Origin: Nitrosopumilaceae archaeon
Lineage (GTDB): Archaea > Thermoproteota > Nitrososphaeria > Nitrososphaerales > Nitrosopumilaceae
Assembly (NCBI GenBank): GCA_965208905.1
Contig: OZ242365.1
Coordinates: 1,152,001-1,216,000 of the forward strand
Direction of reading: 5' to 3'
DNA: 64,000 bases
Shown: positions 1 through 9,846 of the stretch, one piece after another
How the letters are laid out: each line of letters starts with the position of its first letter
Position numbering within the stretch: the first letter of the stretch is position 1
Made by a program: the position numbers and the translations under genes
The notes under the pieces: generated by a model
What the model was told of the DNA's origin: nothing
Seen by the model: only the letters and a program-made list of their open reading frames with translations
Databases searched by the model: none

Positions 1-99
1 TACTGTGACAAAGTCTTTCTTTCCCATAAGCATAGTTTTACGCTTCCTGTAGTTGGTCTTTTCCTCTCGTAACCGACGTAATATTTTTGAGTAAGTCAT
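1..99 (-). CDS. rpl18: 50S ribosomal protein uL18, 5' part (runs off the window)
   Basis: Manual translation from ATG at 99: MTYSKILRRLREEKTNYRKRKTMLMGKKDFVTV, the archaeal L18 N-terminus (RRxREEKTNY); too short for the ORF track. Confidence 0.85.
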   Translation of the reverse strand, partial: MTYSKILRRLREEKTNYRKRKTMLMGKKDFVTV

Positions 100-211
100 G
101 TATTGCACATAATTTACTATATGTTTTATATACGTTGGTGCTTTTGGAAGCCCGCCCCGTATTCGTGACTATGATGCATGGATACATATCTGTGATTTTA
201 CTATATCTGTT

Positions 212-1126
212 CTAGTCCGTTAAGAGACGCAACAATAATGTTTTTTGTGAGTGTAGACGATTTTCAGCCTCATCCCAGACAACGGATCTGGGCCCATCAA
301 TGACAGATGATGTAACCTCACTACCACGTGTGGCAGGCAGACAATGCAGAAATATTGCATCATCCTTTGCTAGAGACATTAAAGAGTCGTTCACCTGATA
401 CTTTGGGAATAGTTTTGCCATGCGCGCACCATCAGCATCATGTATCGACTTGAATGTATCGGTTACTACCACATCGGCGTTCTTGGCAGCTTCTGCAGCG
501 TTGCTGGTCAGATGTATTTCTGTATGGTTGTTGGCATACTGTACAGCTGATGATATGGGTTGATACTCTTTAGGTGTGGCAACATAGATGGTGGCTTCTG
601 ATAGGGCAGCACCGTAAATTAACGAATTACAGACATTGTTTCCATCACCCACCCACGCTATGCGCAGATCTTGCAAACTGCCTTTATGCTCTAGTATGGT
701 GGTAAAGTCTGCTAACGTTTGGCATGGATGGAAAGAATTAGAAAGGCCGTTTATCACCGGGACTGTGGAGTGTTTTGCCAACCTCTGTATTGACTCATGA
801 TCATACACTCTGGCCATTATGCAGTCGACATATCGGGATAGTGTACGAGCAGTATCTTCTATAGTCTCTCCTCTATCTAGTTGCATTTCAGATGAGGCTA
901 GATTTAATGCATATCCACCTAGTTGGTACATTCCTACCTCAAAACTTATTCGTGTTCGTGTGGATGGCTTTTGGAATATCATTGCCAGTGTTTTGTTTTG
1001 TAGTGGTTTCGACTGTAGTGTACTGTTCCTATTCTCTTTCATTTTAATGGTTGTCTTTAACAGATCATTGAACTCATCGGCTGTAAGTTCACCCAATGTT
1101 AGTATGTCCTTTGTTTTTAGTGTCAT
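212..1126 (-). CDS. argF: Ornithine carbamoyltransferase
   Basis: FQKPSTRTR, HPCQ and FLHCLP motifs. Confidence 0.97.
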   Translation of the reverse strand: MTLKTKDILTLGELTADEFNDLLKTTIKMKENRNSTLQSKPLQNKTLAMIFQKPSTRTRISFEVGMYQLGGYALNLASSEMQLDRGETIEDTARTLSRYVDCIMARVYDHESIQRLAKHSTVPVINGLSNSFHPCQTLADFTTILEHKGSLQDLRIAWVGDGNNVCNSLIYGAALSEATIYVATPKEYQPISSAVQYANNHTEIHLTSNAAEAAKNADVVVTDTFKSIHDADGARMAKLFPKYQVNDSLMSLAKDDAIFLHCLPATRGSEVTSSVIDGPRSVVWDEAENRLHSQKTLLLRLLTD

Positions 1127-3435
1127 TTTTTACCAAAGAATCCAAATAAGCCGCGCTTCTTTTTGTGTTTGCTTTTGGTCTTCTCTTCCGACTCTGACAT
1201 GTCTTTGACCTTGGGCTCTACTTTTTCTTTTGGTGGCGCCTTCTGAGTCTCATCATCTTTATCCTCTGCTGTATCATCGGACTGATCTGTAACATCCCTC
1301 TCATGTTTCACACTCTTTTCACTGATGGATGGCCCATCTGATATCGGACGGCCCTGAGATATCCACTCTTTGATCTCTGCGGCTAACACCCGTGCTGTAT
1401 TATCAGATTCCGGAGGCGGTACATCATGTATATCTGAATATGTTGCAATATCAGAGTCATCTATTCCCTCGAATGGATCTATATCTGCGTCTTCTGACTC
1501 CTGCACACCCTCCGGTACTTGCACACCTTCACTCTTGACCTCTACTGTATCATAAAGCTCTTGCTTGACCTCATCTGTTGTATCTATTGTGATATCTCGA
1601 GGCTTTTGTTCAGTATCTTGGTCATCTTCATGCTTGGTGGGCTGCCCATCCTCAATCTCTACGACAACCTCTTGACCTTTGGTTTCTGCTGTATCATCGG
1701 ACTGATCTGTAACATCCCTCTCATGTTTCACACTCTTTTCACTGATGGACGGCCCATCTGATATCGGACGGCCCTGAGATATCCACTCTTTGATCTCTGC
1801 GGCTAACACCCGTGCTGTATTATCAGATTCCGGAGGTGGTACATCATGTATATCTGAATATGCCGCAATATCTGCATCATCTATCCCCTCGAATGGATCT
1901 ATATCTACGTCTTCTGACTCCTGCACACCCTCCGGTACTTGCACACCTTCACTCTTGACCTCTACTGTATCATAAAGCTCTTGCTTGACCTCATCTGTTG
2001 TATCTATTGTGATATCTCGAGGCTTTTGTTCAGTATCTTGGTCATCTTCATGCTTGGTGGGCTGCCCATCCTCAATCTCTACGACAACCTCTTGACCTTT
2101 GGTTTCTGCTGTATCATCGGACTGATCTGTAACATCCCTCTCATGTTTCACACTCTTTTCACTGATGGACGGCCCATCTGATATCGGACGGCCCTGAGAT
2201 ATCCACTCTTTGATCTCTGCGGCTAACACCCGTGCTGTATTATCAGATTCCGGAGGTGGTACATCATGTATATCTGAATATGCCGCAATATCTGCATCAT
2301 CTATCCCCTCGAATGGATCTATATCTACGTCTTCTGACTCTTGTATCTCCTCTGACTCCTCTTTTACAATATCTTCATCTATCTCTCCTTTTGCCTCTGA
2401 CTCTAAAACATCAGCTGACTCTGGTGATGTAACTACCTCTGGTGCTGTATCATGCGTGCTTGTGTTTACAGCGGGTGGGGTCTCTAATACTGTCTGTATT
2501 TTTGCTGCAAGCTCACCATCCATACTATCACGTTCGCCCAATACTGATTCAACAAACGACTCCCATCTGAACTCTTTCAAATCCGGATATTCTTGACCTA
2601 CTCCTAGATAGAGTATAGGTTTAGATGTGATCTTTACAATTGATAAAGCAGAGCCGCCTTTGGTATCGGCATCACTTTTGGTAAGTATGGAACAATCAAA
2701 GTCAGTATATTCATGAAACTCACGAGCCTGACTGATGGCATCATTTCCTGCTAGAGAGTCGCCTACAAATATTTTTAGATCAGGATTTACTACCTTTGTA
2801 ATCTTTTCTATCTGTTGCATTAGGTTGGTGCTAGTCTGTATACGACCCGCCGTATCAATCAGCACGCAGTTTATACGGTGTGATTTTGCATACAATGTCG
2901 CATCCCGACAGACGGCAGCGGGATCTGAGTTGTAATTCTGCGCAATAATCTTGACTTGCAGTCTTTCTCCATGCTTGCGTATTTGTTCTATGGCGCCAGC
3001 CCGAAAGGTGTCGGCGGCAGCTATGACCACTGTGAGTTTGTTCTTCTTCAACATATGTGCAAACTTTGCTAGCGTAGTGGTTTTACCCGTGCCATTAATA
3101 CCTAGAAATACAATGGTGTATGGTTCATCATTCTCATTTTTTTCACGTATGCGTTCAAGCAAGTCCAAACTACCGGTCTTTTGAAATAACTGTGATACGG
3201 ATTCTGACAGGGCCCCCTTTACAAAAGACTCCAACTGTTTTTTGTTCACAGATACTCCTACCAGTTGTCTCTTTAGATCTGAGCTTATGTCCTCGACAAC
3301 CTCTAATGCCACATCGGATTGTAAAAGCGACATCTCTAAATCTTCTAGAATCTCTTCAATGTCAGACTCACTTAGATCTTTTTCTGCTAACGTTTTTGAA
3401 AATCGGGTAAAAGACTTACGTAGACTATCAAACAT
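1123..3435 (-). CDS. ftsY: Signal recognition particle receptor FtsY with long acidic, repeat-expanded C-terminal tail
   Basis: NG domain motifs GINGTGKTTT, DTFRAGA, DTAGR, TKSD; basic/aromatic C-terminus KKKRGLFGFFGKK. Confidence 0.95.
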   Translation of the reverse strand: MFDSLRKSFTRFSKTLAEKDLSESDIEEILEDLEMSLLQSDVALEVVEDISSDLKRQLVGVSVNKKQLESFVKGALSESVSQLFQKTGSLDLLERIREKNENDEPYTIVFLGINGTGKTTTLAKFAHMLKKNKLTVVIAAADTFRAGAIEQIRKHGERLQVKIIAQNYNSDPAAVCRDATLYAKSHRINCVLIDTAGRIQTSTNLMQQIEKITKVVNPDLKIFVGDSLAGNDAISQAREFHEYTDFDCSILTKSDADTKGGSALSIVKITSKPILYLGVGQEYPDLKEFRWESFVESVLGERDSMDGELAAKIQTVLETPPAVNTSTHDTAPEVVTSPESADVLESEAKGEIDEDIVKEESEEIQESEDVDIDPFEGIDDADIAAYSDIHDVPPPESDNTARVLAAEIKEWISQGRPISDGPSISEKSVKHERDVTDQSDDTAETKGQEVVVEIEDGQPTKHEDDQDTEQKPRDITIDTTDEVKQELYDTVEVKSEGVQVPEGVQESEDVDIDPFEGIDDADIAAYSDIHDVPPPESDNTARVLAAEIKEWISQGRPISDGPSISEKSVKHERDVTDQSDDTAETKGQEVVVEIEDGQPTKHEDDQDTEQKPRDITIDTTDEVKQELYDTVEVKSEGVQVPEGVQESEDADIDPFEGIDDSDIATYSDIHDVPPPESDNTARVLAAEIKEWISQGRPISDGPSISEKSVKHERDVTDQSDDTAEDKDDETQKAPPKEKVEPKVKDMSESEEKTKSKHKKKRGLFGFFGKK
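1265..2341. repeat. 420-bp (140-aa) near-perfect tandem repeat, about 2.6 copies, inside ftsY
   Basis: Near-identical text recurs at 1265, 1685 and 2105 (offset 420). Confidence 0.95.
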
Positions 3436-3436
3436 G

Positions 3437-3859
3437 TCAATTACCAGAGGAATGTCCTTCTGACTCGATTAACTTATTCAAACTATCATTTACAAAATTC
3501 AATCTATCAGTGGCATTCTTTTGAAAAGCAACAATGTTGTTCAGTGTTGCATTTTTTTCAGATATCTGAGTCTCTAGGTAACTTGTCGCAGTATCAATAC
3601 TCATCTCTATGGCGGTCTCCCCTCCAACGAACATCAACAATGTACTATCTGTTTGAATATTGGCTTTTACCATAACGCCTGCACCTAGTGATATCATGGA
3701 ACTTGAACTCTCTCCATTCTTTATTGCAGTTATGGCACGTATTGTACTATGGGCGCCTGTAATGTATGTTCGAACATCCAGTTCTTGTTTACGAACATCA
3801 ACAAGTATTCTCTCTAACTGCATCTTTTCGTATTGTAGTTTGGCACCTTCCTCACTCAT
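3437..3859 (-). CDS. pfdA: Prefoldin alpha subunit
   Basis: Coiled coil / beta-hairpins (SLGAGVMVKA...LLMFVGGETAIE) / coiled coil; pfdA-ftsY synteny typical of archaea. Confidence 0.8.
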   Translation of the reverse strand: MSEEGAKLQYEKMQLERILVDVRKQELDVRTYITGAHSTIRAITAIKNGESSSSMISLGAGVMVKANIQTDSTLLMFVGGETAIEMSIDTATSYLETQISEKNATLNNIVAFQKNATDRLNFVNDSLNKLIESEGHSSGN

Positions 3860-4041
3860 AATATGTTTGATAAGGTTGGCGGTTATAAACTAAATTGACG
3901 TATTGGATACGTCCCAGAAGCATGTGTCTCCAAACAACCCTGACTCCAGATAATTTGCAGGCGTATTCGCCAGTATAATCTCTAACATATAACACAACTA
4001 TCTTCCACAAAAGACATAATACCATAAATCCTACTTGATAC

Positions 4042-5133
4042 ATGAGCGAGATTACGCGAGAACAAGTTGAAGCGATGGTACGCTCTAAATTTTTTGTAGC
4101 CGACTCTCAGATGAATATGTACTCACAAGAATTTCGTATACTGGACTCGGATTGCACAGATAGATTTGCAGATTTGGCAAGAATACTGGAAGGTGGTAAA
4201 TACGTATGCCGCCTACTAGAGCGAGATGGAGACCGATACATTGTGATACAAAAATTCACTCCGTCCAAACCCGGTAGAATACTGGGCTCTTCAATCACTC
4301 CTAGAGTACTCTTTGCTGTAGTATGCGCCTTTGTGATGATAGATGGATACTATCGCACTGTGCAGACTAATCAAATTACATACATAGGGGACCCAATACA
4401 GATGGCGATAATATACACTATTGCATTATTGGGTATATTGGGCATACATGAGATGGGTCATTTGGTGGCCGCCAAGATTCATCGCCTCAAGACGACATGG
4501 CCATTCTTTATTCCCGGACTCCCAATAATTGGAATTCCGACTTTGGGCGCCTTTATACAGTCCAGCGGCTTGACAATAAATCGTAAAATATTATTTGATG
4601 TGGCTGTCGCTGGGCCTCTGGCTGGAGCAGTGGTGGCCGTTATTGTGGTTGTAATTGGTGCATGGACCGCACCGGTGATTGACGAGGAGACTGCTGAAAT
4701 ACTGGGATCTCAGGGCATACTATCTGAGTTCCAGTTTGGCGAATCGATACTGATGTATGGCTCCTTGGAGCTATTTGGAAAGTCTTCCTCGGGAGTGGTG
4801 ATATTGACACCAATACTATGGGCATCTTGGATTGGGTTTTTAATCACATTTCTAAATCTCTTACCTGCCTGGCAACTGGATGGGGGACATATGGCTAGAA
4901 CCATACTGGGAAGATCTGCGCATCAGTACGCAACATATGCCAGCATAGTGGTACTGGTACTCTTGAACTATTGGATAATGGCCATGTTGATATTGGTTCT
5001 TAGCTGGAGAAACTTGGCAGCTACACCTTTAGATGACGTCTCACCTCTGCCCTCCAACAGAAAGATGGTATATCTGGGAGTGGTGGGCCTAGCCATTGTC
5101 TGTGCCCCCATCCCGGCTGGAATACTCCCCTAA
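4042..5133 (+). CDS. Site-2 protease (M50) membrane metallopeptidase
   Basis: HEMGH, AGPLAG and NLLPAWQLDGGH motifs; multiple TM segments. Confidence 0.92.
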   Translation: MSEITREQVEAMVRSKFFVADSQMNMYSQEFRILDSDCTDRFADLARILEGGKYVCRLLERDGDRYIVIQKFTPSKPGRILGSSITPRVLFAVVCAFVMIDGYYRTVQTNQITYIGDPIQMAIIYTIALLGILGIHEMGHLVAAKIHRLKTTWPFFIPGLPIIGIPTLGAFIQSSGLTINRKILFDVAVAGPLAGAVVAVIVVVIGAWTAPVIDEETAEILGSQGILSEFQFGESILMYGSLELFGKSSSGVVILTPILWASWIGFLITFLNLLPAWQLDGGHMARTILGRSAHQYATYASIVVLVLLNYWIMAMLILVLSWRNLAATPLDDVSPLPSNRKMVYLGVVGLAIVCAPIPAGILP

Positions 5134-6189
5134 TGATATTCGGGCTGCATCGGGAATTATGGTGATTTTGTGGCGCGGACTATTTTTTACAATGTCGTTT
5201 ATGACCTGCTGCGACATGCGCGCAAACTTCATCTTGAGAGGCGATTCGTACATCTTTGGCAGCGCCGATACTAATGTTATGTCTATTGTATGGTTTATGG
5301 ACTCTAAAAACAACAACTCTTCCATACCGTAGACATATTGGGATGGTTGGCGTAGATATTCTAATGTCAGTCGTCCATCTATATATTGACGCAATGCCTC
5401 TGAACCCAAACCCATCCCGCACTCGGCCAGCAGTATTGCTCGACCTTTGGACTTTAAAGATGACCACACATTCCATAAAGATGACAGTGATCCTGACAAT
5501 GTACTTCCTGCAAATACATCCCCCACACTCCCGACCACAGTAGAGAATCTATGTGCACCCTGTTGTATGCGCCGACTTGCCAACTGTCTTATCTCTGATG
5601 ATGCGGGATGTCCCATATGTAGGTCCTCGACACCCCCCTGCCACCCTAATATGTCGATGGACTGTATCTCAAAGTTATCTGCAAATTTTTGGGCTATCTG
5701 GTAGGACGGTGTATTGCCATTGGGTGATGGCGTATCTGCCACTCTTCTGTTGTATGCCTTTAACATCATATCTTCTCCAAATCTACGTAGTAACCTTGTA
5801 CATGCACTCTCATATCCGAACAGGCCATCGGGCATTATCTCGGATACAAAGATCATATTGGTATCCGGAGAGTCTGTACCTTGAAATGAGTCCACACGGC
5901 ACCCTTCGGGCAAACCCTCCTTTAAAGACGGTATCATGTATTTGTCAGATAATATAGCTGGAAATGGTGAGGACCTCTGCTCACACATACTGTGTATGTG
6001 AGATATAGCTTGACGTACTGCTGGAGTGTTCTGTAGTATGACTAACGTACCTGATATGTTTGATAACATCTCATCTAACCTCTCTTCTGAGATGGGTTTG
6101 GAGTCTGCCTCAAACACAGTCCCCAAATTCTCTGATTTGATGTCTAGAATCGAATGACCGGGACCATAACTCAACCATACTTCGGGCAT
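5089..6189 (-). CDS. LarA/DUF2088-like (lactate racemase-domain) protein, divergent
   Basis: N-terminal VWLSYG..ILDI and C-terminal ILLAECGMGLGS / ITIIPDA resemble LarA-family segments; start taken at MPEVW. Confidence 0.55.
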   Translation of the reverse strand: MPEVWLSYGPGHSILDIKSENLGTVFEADSKPISEERLDEMLSNISGTLVILQNTPAVRQAISHIHSMCEQRSSPFPAILSDKYMIPSLKEGLPEGCRVDSFQGTDSPDTNMIFVSEIMPDGLFGYESACTRLLRRFGEDMMLKAYNRRVADTPSPNGNTPSYQIAQKFADNFEIQSIDILGWQGGVEDLHMGHPASSEIRQLASRRIQQGAHRFSTVVGSVGDVFAGSTLSGSLSSLWNVWSSLKSKGRAILLAECGMGLGSEALRQYIDGRLTLEYLRQPSQYVYGMEELLFLESINHTIDITLVSALPKMYESPLKMKFARMSQQVINDIVKNSPRHKITIIPDAARISLGEYSSRDGGTDNG

Positions 6190-6305
6190 GACATACCTTG
6201 AAACAGATACCATAAGGGTTTTACACTGGGCGTTGTGTCAATTCAATTAACTTGTACATTATTGCCATTATATGGCCAAAGAATGAAGACGCACGGTATT
6301 CGATA

Positions 6306-7349
6306 TGTATTATGTCGAAATTATTTCGCCTAGTCATCGGTGTCCCTCTCCATCCATTCTAAGTCACTCTTCCTGACATCATCTGGTACTTTTTTGTTGT
6401 GAAATGCCTGTAGCGGGGTCTCGCCATTGTTTATGTCTAAAGACCAGTGCAGTCGCACCTCGTTGTAGTACGCGACAAACTCCGCTAGGCTGCCAAAATG
6501 ACATAGTTCTTCTTCCAAGGTGCGGTGGAACCGTTCAAGCTTGCCGTTTGTTTGTGGGTGGTAGGGGCGGGTGTTGATCAACTCAATACCCCGGTCAAGC
6601 AGCTCTGCCTCAAATATAGTGGGGGTCCATGATTTTGCAGGAATCTTTCTTCTCACACCCACAAAGCACGATCCGTTGTCGGAGAGTATGGTGGCCGGGG
6701 TTCCAAACTCAACAATGCTATTTTGCAGGACTGTTACCGCGTTCTCGGATGTGGCCCCCTTGAATATCATGGCTCCAACCACACATCTTGACGCATCATC
6801 AAGATATGTGATTAATTGGTAGCCTTGAAAACGTGGATCTTTCATCGCATGCCAGTCCGTATGCCACATCGCATTGGAGTATCTGCGCTCATAGCGTATC
6901 CATTTACGCCTGCGCGATTTTGCTGCAGATGGAGTGACCATATTGTTTTCTTTCATGATTGTGTATACCGTTTTTTCACTTATTTGTATGCCCTTGTGAT
7001 TTAAGTACTTGGTGATCCTTGTGACGCCTGCTGGCATTATACGATGTGCTGCTAGTACGACGTTGGTTTGCTCCTCGGTGGGAGGAATCTTGGGTCTGCC
7101 TGGCATTTGTAGTGTGGGAATCTTGCCCGTTGCACGATACATTGCCCAGAGTTGTTGTACGCGTCTCTGGCTAATCTTCATCTCTGTAGCAATGTGTGAT
7201 GTACTACTACCTTTCCTGCATTGTCGAATGATATAATCTATCTGCTTCTGTGTCAGATTGACTCTCATGGGTTTGCGTGATCTATATAGACTAAAATATT
7301 CTTTGGTTGGCAGTCTAAAGTTAGGGCGAACTAATTTCCGCACAATAGA
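6306..7349 (-). mobile_element. IS481-family insertion sequence (1,044 bp)
   Basis: Imperfect 25-bp TIRs (TGTATTATGTCGAAATTATTTCGCC vs TCTATTGTGCGGAAATTAGTTCGCC, 20/25) flanked by the 15-bp direct repeat GCACGGTATTCGATA at 6291-6305 and 7350-7364. Confidence 0.92.
6330..7268 (-). CDS. IS481-family DDE (rve integrase core) transposase
   Basis: N-terminal HTH; WHTDW, LDDASR, SDNGS, PYHPQTNGKLERFH; start taken at MRVNL. Confidence 0.92.
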   Translation of the reverse strand: MRVNLTQKQIDYIIRQCRKGSSTSHIATEMKISQRRVQQLWAMYRATGKIPTLQMPGRPKIPPTEEQTNVVLAAHRIMPAGVTRITKYLNHKGIQISEKTVYTIMKENNMVTPSAAKSRRRKWIRYERRYSNAMWHTDWHAMKDPRFQGYQLITYLDDASRCVVGAMIFKGATSENAVTVLQNSIVEFGTPATILSDNGSCFVGVRRKIPAKSWTPTIFEAELLDRGIELINTRPYHPQTNGKLERFHRTLEEELCHFGSLAEFVAYYNEVRLHWSLDINNGETPLQAFHNKKVPDDVRKSDLEWMERDTDD

Positions 7350-7400
7350 GCACGGTATTCGATATAAAAAGAATATATTATTGATTATAAAATTTTCTAC

Positions 7401-7703
7401 ATGATCAGCATAGCAGAAGCGAAATCAAGACGCGACAACATAGACGTAGAGGGTATAATTAAAGAACTCTCCGAACCACGAACGGTAAGAACAAAGTATG
7501 GCGAAGCTCAGGTATGCGATGCATATCTGACCGACGATCAGGATCGAATAAAACTCACATTGTGGGGTGATGACATTAAAAAAGTCAATGATGGTGACAA
7601 AGTCCAAATTCGTGGCGGATACACCAGTGAATTTCGTAACGAGATACAACTCAGTGTACCACGAAAGAATGGCGAGATTACAGTTGTAAAGAGTGACTCG
7701 TAA
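7401..7703 (+). CDS. ssb: Single OB-fold ssDNA-binding protein (crenarchaeal/thaumarchaeal SSB type)
   Basis: PRTVRTKYG...IKLTLWG...GGYTSEFRNEIQLSV pattern; T-rich terminator follows. Confidence 0.85.
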   Translation: MISIAEAKSRRDNIDVEGIIKELSEPRTVRTKYGEAQVCDAYLTDDQDRIKLTLWGDDIKKVNDGDKVQIRGGYTSEFRNEIQLSVPRKNGEITVVKSDS

Positions 7704-7889
7704 CTTTTTTGATTTTTTACATAATGTGGGCTTTCCCACAAATATTCATAGTATTACATACTTTGTAGTTGTACCGACAACGTTTCATAATTCGTGACCT
7801 GACGCGACCTGAACAGTCTGGCCGCCGGATTGTCTTGCTATGTCGTGTATGATGGTGGCGGTGGGTTCTTCTTCTGGTCAGGTTCCACT

Positions 7890-9566
7890 CTACTCGCCCT
7901 GAATCCGCTCCAGCGCGGATGCAGGGATGGTGTAGAGCGCCTTCTGCAGGATGGCCCCCAAGACGGGCTGGTCGCTGCGATATCCGACGGACAAATCGTA
8001 CGAGTACCCGGTGGGCCCGGCGTTGTAGACTGTCATTCCCTCTCGCTCTGCGATGGCCTGGACCACCGACCAGACACCCGCGAAGGCATCGGCCTCGCCC
8101 TGCTGAAGCAAGGCCAACCCCTCTTCAAAACTGTCCACTGATACGTACCCGACGTCTGGGTGGTTCTCGTCCAGCCAGTCCTCTATGGCATAGTCGCGGA
8201 TGGTGATCACCTGTAGCCCGGGCTCGTCCATGGCCAACTGCATCTCCTGGGCGGTCACCAGGACAGACTCGATGGTGTAGTGGGGGGTGGTGAATCCCAT
8301 GTACTCGGACCTGGAGTCGGTTTCGACAGCCAGAAAGACCAGGTCGGCATCCCTCGCCCGAACGGACTCTAAGGCATGTGACCAGTCATCTATGGGAACC
8401 TGTTGAAAGTCGACACCGATGATCCTCTCAAACTCTGACATGTATCTGCCAGCGGCGCCGGCCAGCATGCCTGACTCGTCAAGATACTCTATCGGAAACC
8501 ATCCTGGGTCGTATGCCACCCGGATCACCGGGTGCTCTGCCAACCACGTCTTCTCTTCGGCGGTCAGCATCAGGCCCGGCGTACCCTCAAAGATCTCCAA
8601 CAGGGGCGGGGAGGCATCCAGCGCCTTCTGCAGGATGGCCCCCAGGACGGGCTGGTCGCCGCGGTACCCCACCGAGAGCGGGTACGAGTGGCCGGTGGGC
8701 CCGGCGTTGTAGACGGTCATCCCCTCCTGCTCGGCGGTGGCGCGGACCACCGGCCAAGTGGCGGCGAAGGCATCGGCCTCGCCCTGCTGTAGCAGGGCCA
8801 ACCCCTCTTCAAAACTGTCCACTGATACGTACCCGACGTCTGGGTGGTTCTCGTCCAGCCAGTCCTCTATCTCGTAGTTACGGATGGTGATCACCTGTAG
8901 CCCGGGCTCGTCCAGACTCATCTGTCTGTCTTCGGCGGCCACCAGCCTGGTCTCCAGGGTGTGGTGGGGGCTGGTGAACCCCATGTACTCGGACCGCTCG
9001 GGCGTGTGCGCCACCATGAACATGGCATCAGCATCCCTATCCCGGATGGCCTCCAAGGCACCCGTCCAGTCATCCGTCAGAACCGGCTGGAGGTCGGCCC
9101 CGGTGAGCTCCTCAAACTTGATTATATAGTGCAGAGTGACCCCGGCTATCTGGCCGTGCTCGTCGGCGTACTCTATCGGAAACCATCCCGGGTCGTGTGC
9201 CACCCGGATCACCGGGCGCTCTGCCAACCACGCCTGCTCTTCAGGGGTCAGCCCCAGGATTGCGGCGGGTGGCTGCATAGGACCTCTCTCCAGATCAATC
9301 CCGCGGGACATCAGAATATCGGCGGTACCAGGGAATAGACAGAGGGGCCGCGAGTCGTCCAGGTATAACTCCCTGGGCTCGTTGCACTGCACCCCGGAGG
9401 ACGGTACCCCCTGTTGGTGTGCCGGCGGTGCATGCGAGCCGTATCCGTCCGGGGATGCCGCCTGGGCAACCGCCACCACCATCATAGCTACCACTATCCC
9501 CAATACGGCGCACGCCATCACGTCGGATTGCCGGTTCCACGTACGGATGGGCGGCTTCATATGCAA
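7890..9566 (-). CDS. Secreted/anchored protein with two tandem family-3 (BvgS/HisK-type PBP2) solute-binding domains, GC-rich
   Basis: Signal/TM segment; two copies of LTxEEx(A/T)WLAExPVIRVAxDPGWFPIEY...ILQKAL at a 228-aa offset; markedly higher GC than the flanks. Confidence 0.85.
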   Translation of the reverse strand: MHMKPPIRTWNRQSDVMACAVLGIVVAMMVVAVAQAASPDGYGSHAPPAHQQGVPSSGVQCNEPRELYLDDSRPLCLFPGTADILMSRGIDLERGPMQPPAAILGLTPEEQAWLAERPVIRVAHDPGWFPIEYADEHGQIAGVTLHYIIKFEELTGADLQPVLTDDWTGALEAIRDRDADAMFMVAHTPERSEYMGFTSPHHTLETRLVAAEDRQMSLDEPGLQVITIRNYEIEDWLDENHPDVGYVSVDSFEEGLALLQQGEADAFAATWPVVRATAEQEGMTVYNAGPTGHSYPLSVGYRGDQPVLGAILQKALDASPPLLEIFEGTPGLMLTAEEKTWLAEHPVIRVAYDPGWFPIEYLDESGMLAGAAGRYMSEFERIIGVDFQQVPIDDWSHALESVRARDADLVFLAVETDSRSEYMGFTTPHYTIESVLVTAQEMQLAMDEPGLQVITIRDYAIEDWLDENHPDVGYVSVDSFEEGLALLQQGEADAFAGVWSVVQAIAEREGMTVYNAGPTGYSYDLSVGYRSDQPVLGAILQKALYTIPASALERIQGE

Positions 9567-9671
9567 GTAGTATTCTTGATTATATTTAACAATATCTTGG
9601 GGAACTTATCCCTGTGAGATACGCCCCCGCTGGCGGTTTCAGATATATAACATAATATGTCAAACTATATT

Positions 9672-9769
9672 GCAGAGGTATCGAAGCCCGGTCAACCGAG
9701 AAGGACTCAAGATCATCATAAGAAATCCTTTCCTTTAGGGGTTCGTGGGTTCAAATCCCACCTTCTGCA
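9672..9769 (+). tRNA. tRNA-Leu(CAA) with ~13-nt intron at the 37/38 position (about 9712-9724)
   Basis: Acceptor GCAGAGG/CTTCTGC-A73, anticodon stem AAGGA/TCCTT interrupted after CTCAAG, long V-arm, GGTTCAAATCCC; TATA about 28 nt upstream. Confidence 0.9.
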
Positions 9770-9846
9770 CTACATCTTATTTGGTACGAATCAAATCATA
9801 GACTAAAAAATATAGATTCAATCTAACATATGATCATAATGTCATG

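Noticed and set aside
1265-2341. Repeats as CRISPR array or DGR template/variable repeats
   Set aside because: In-frame coding tandem repeats with no spacers, no cas or RT gene and no adenine-specific variation; the same applies to 42608-43536 and the SBP duplication
7795-9670. tRNA-anchored integrative element for the GC-rich gene
   Set aside because: No integrase or duplicated tRNA end, and the island lies 5' of the tRNA
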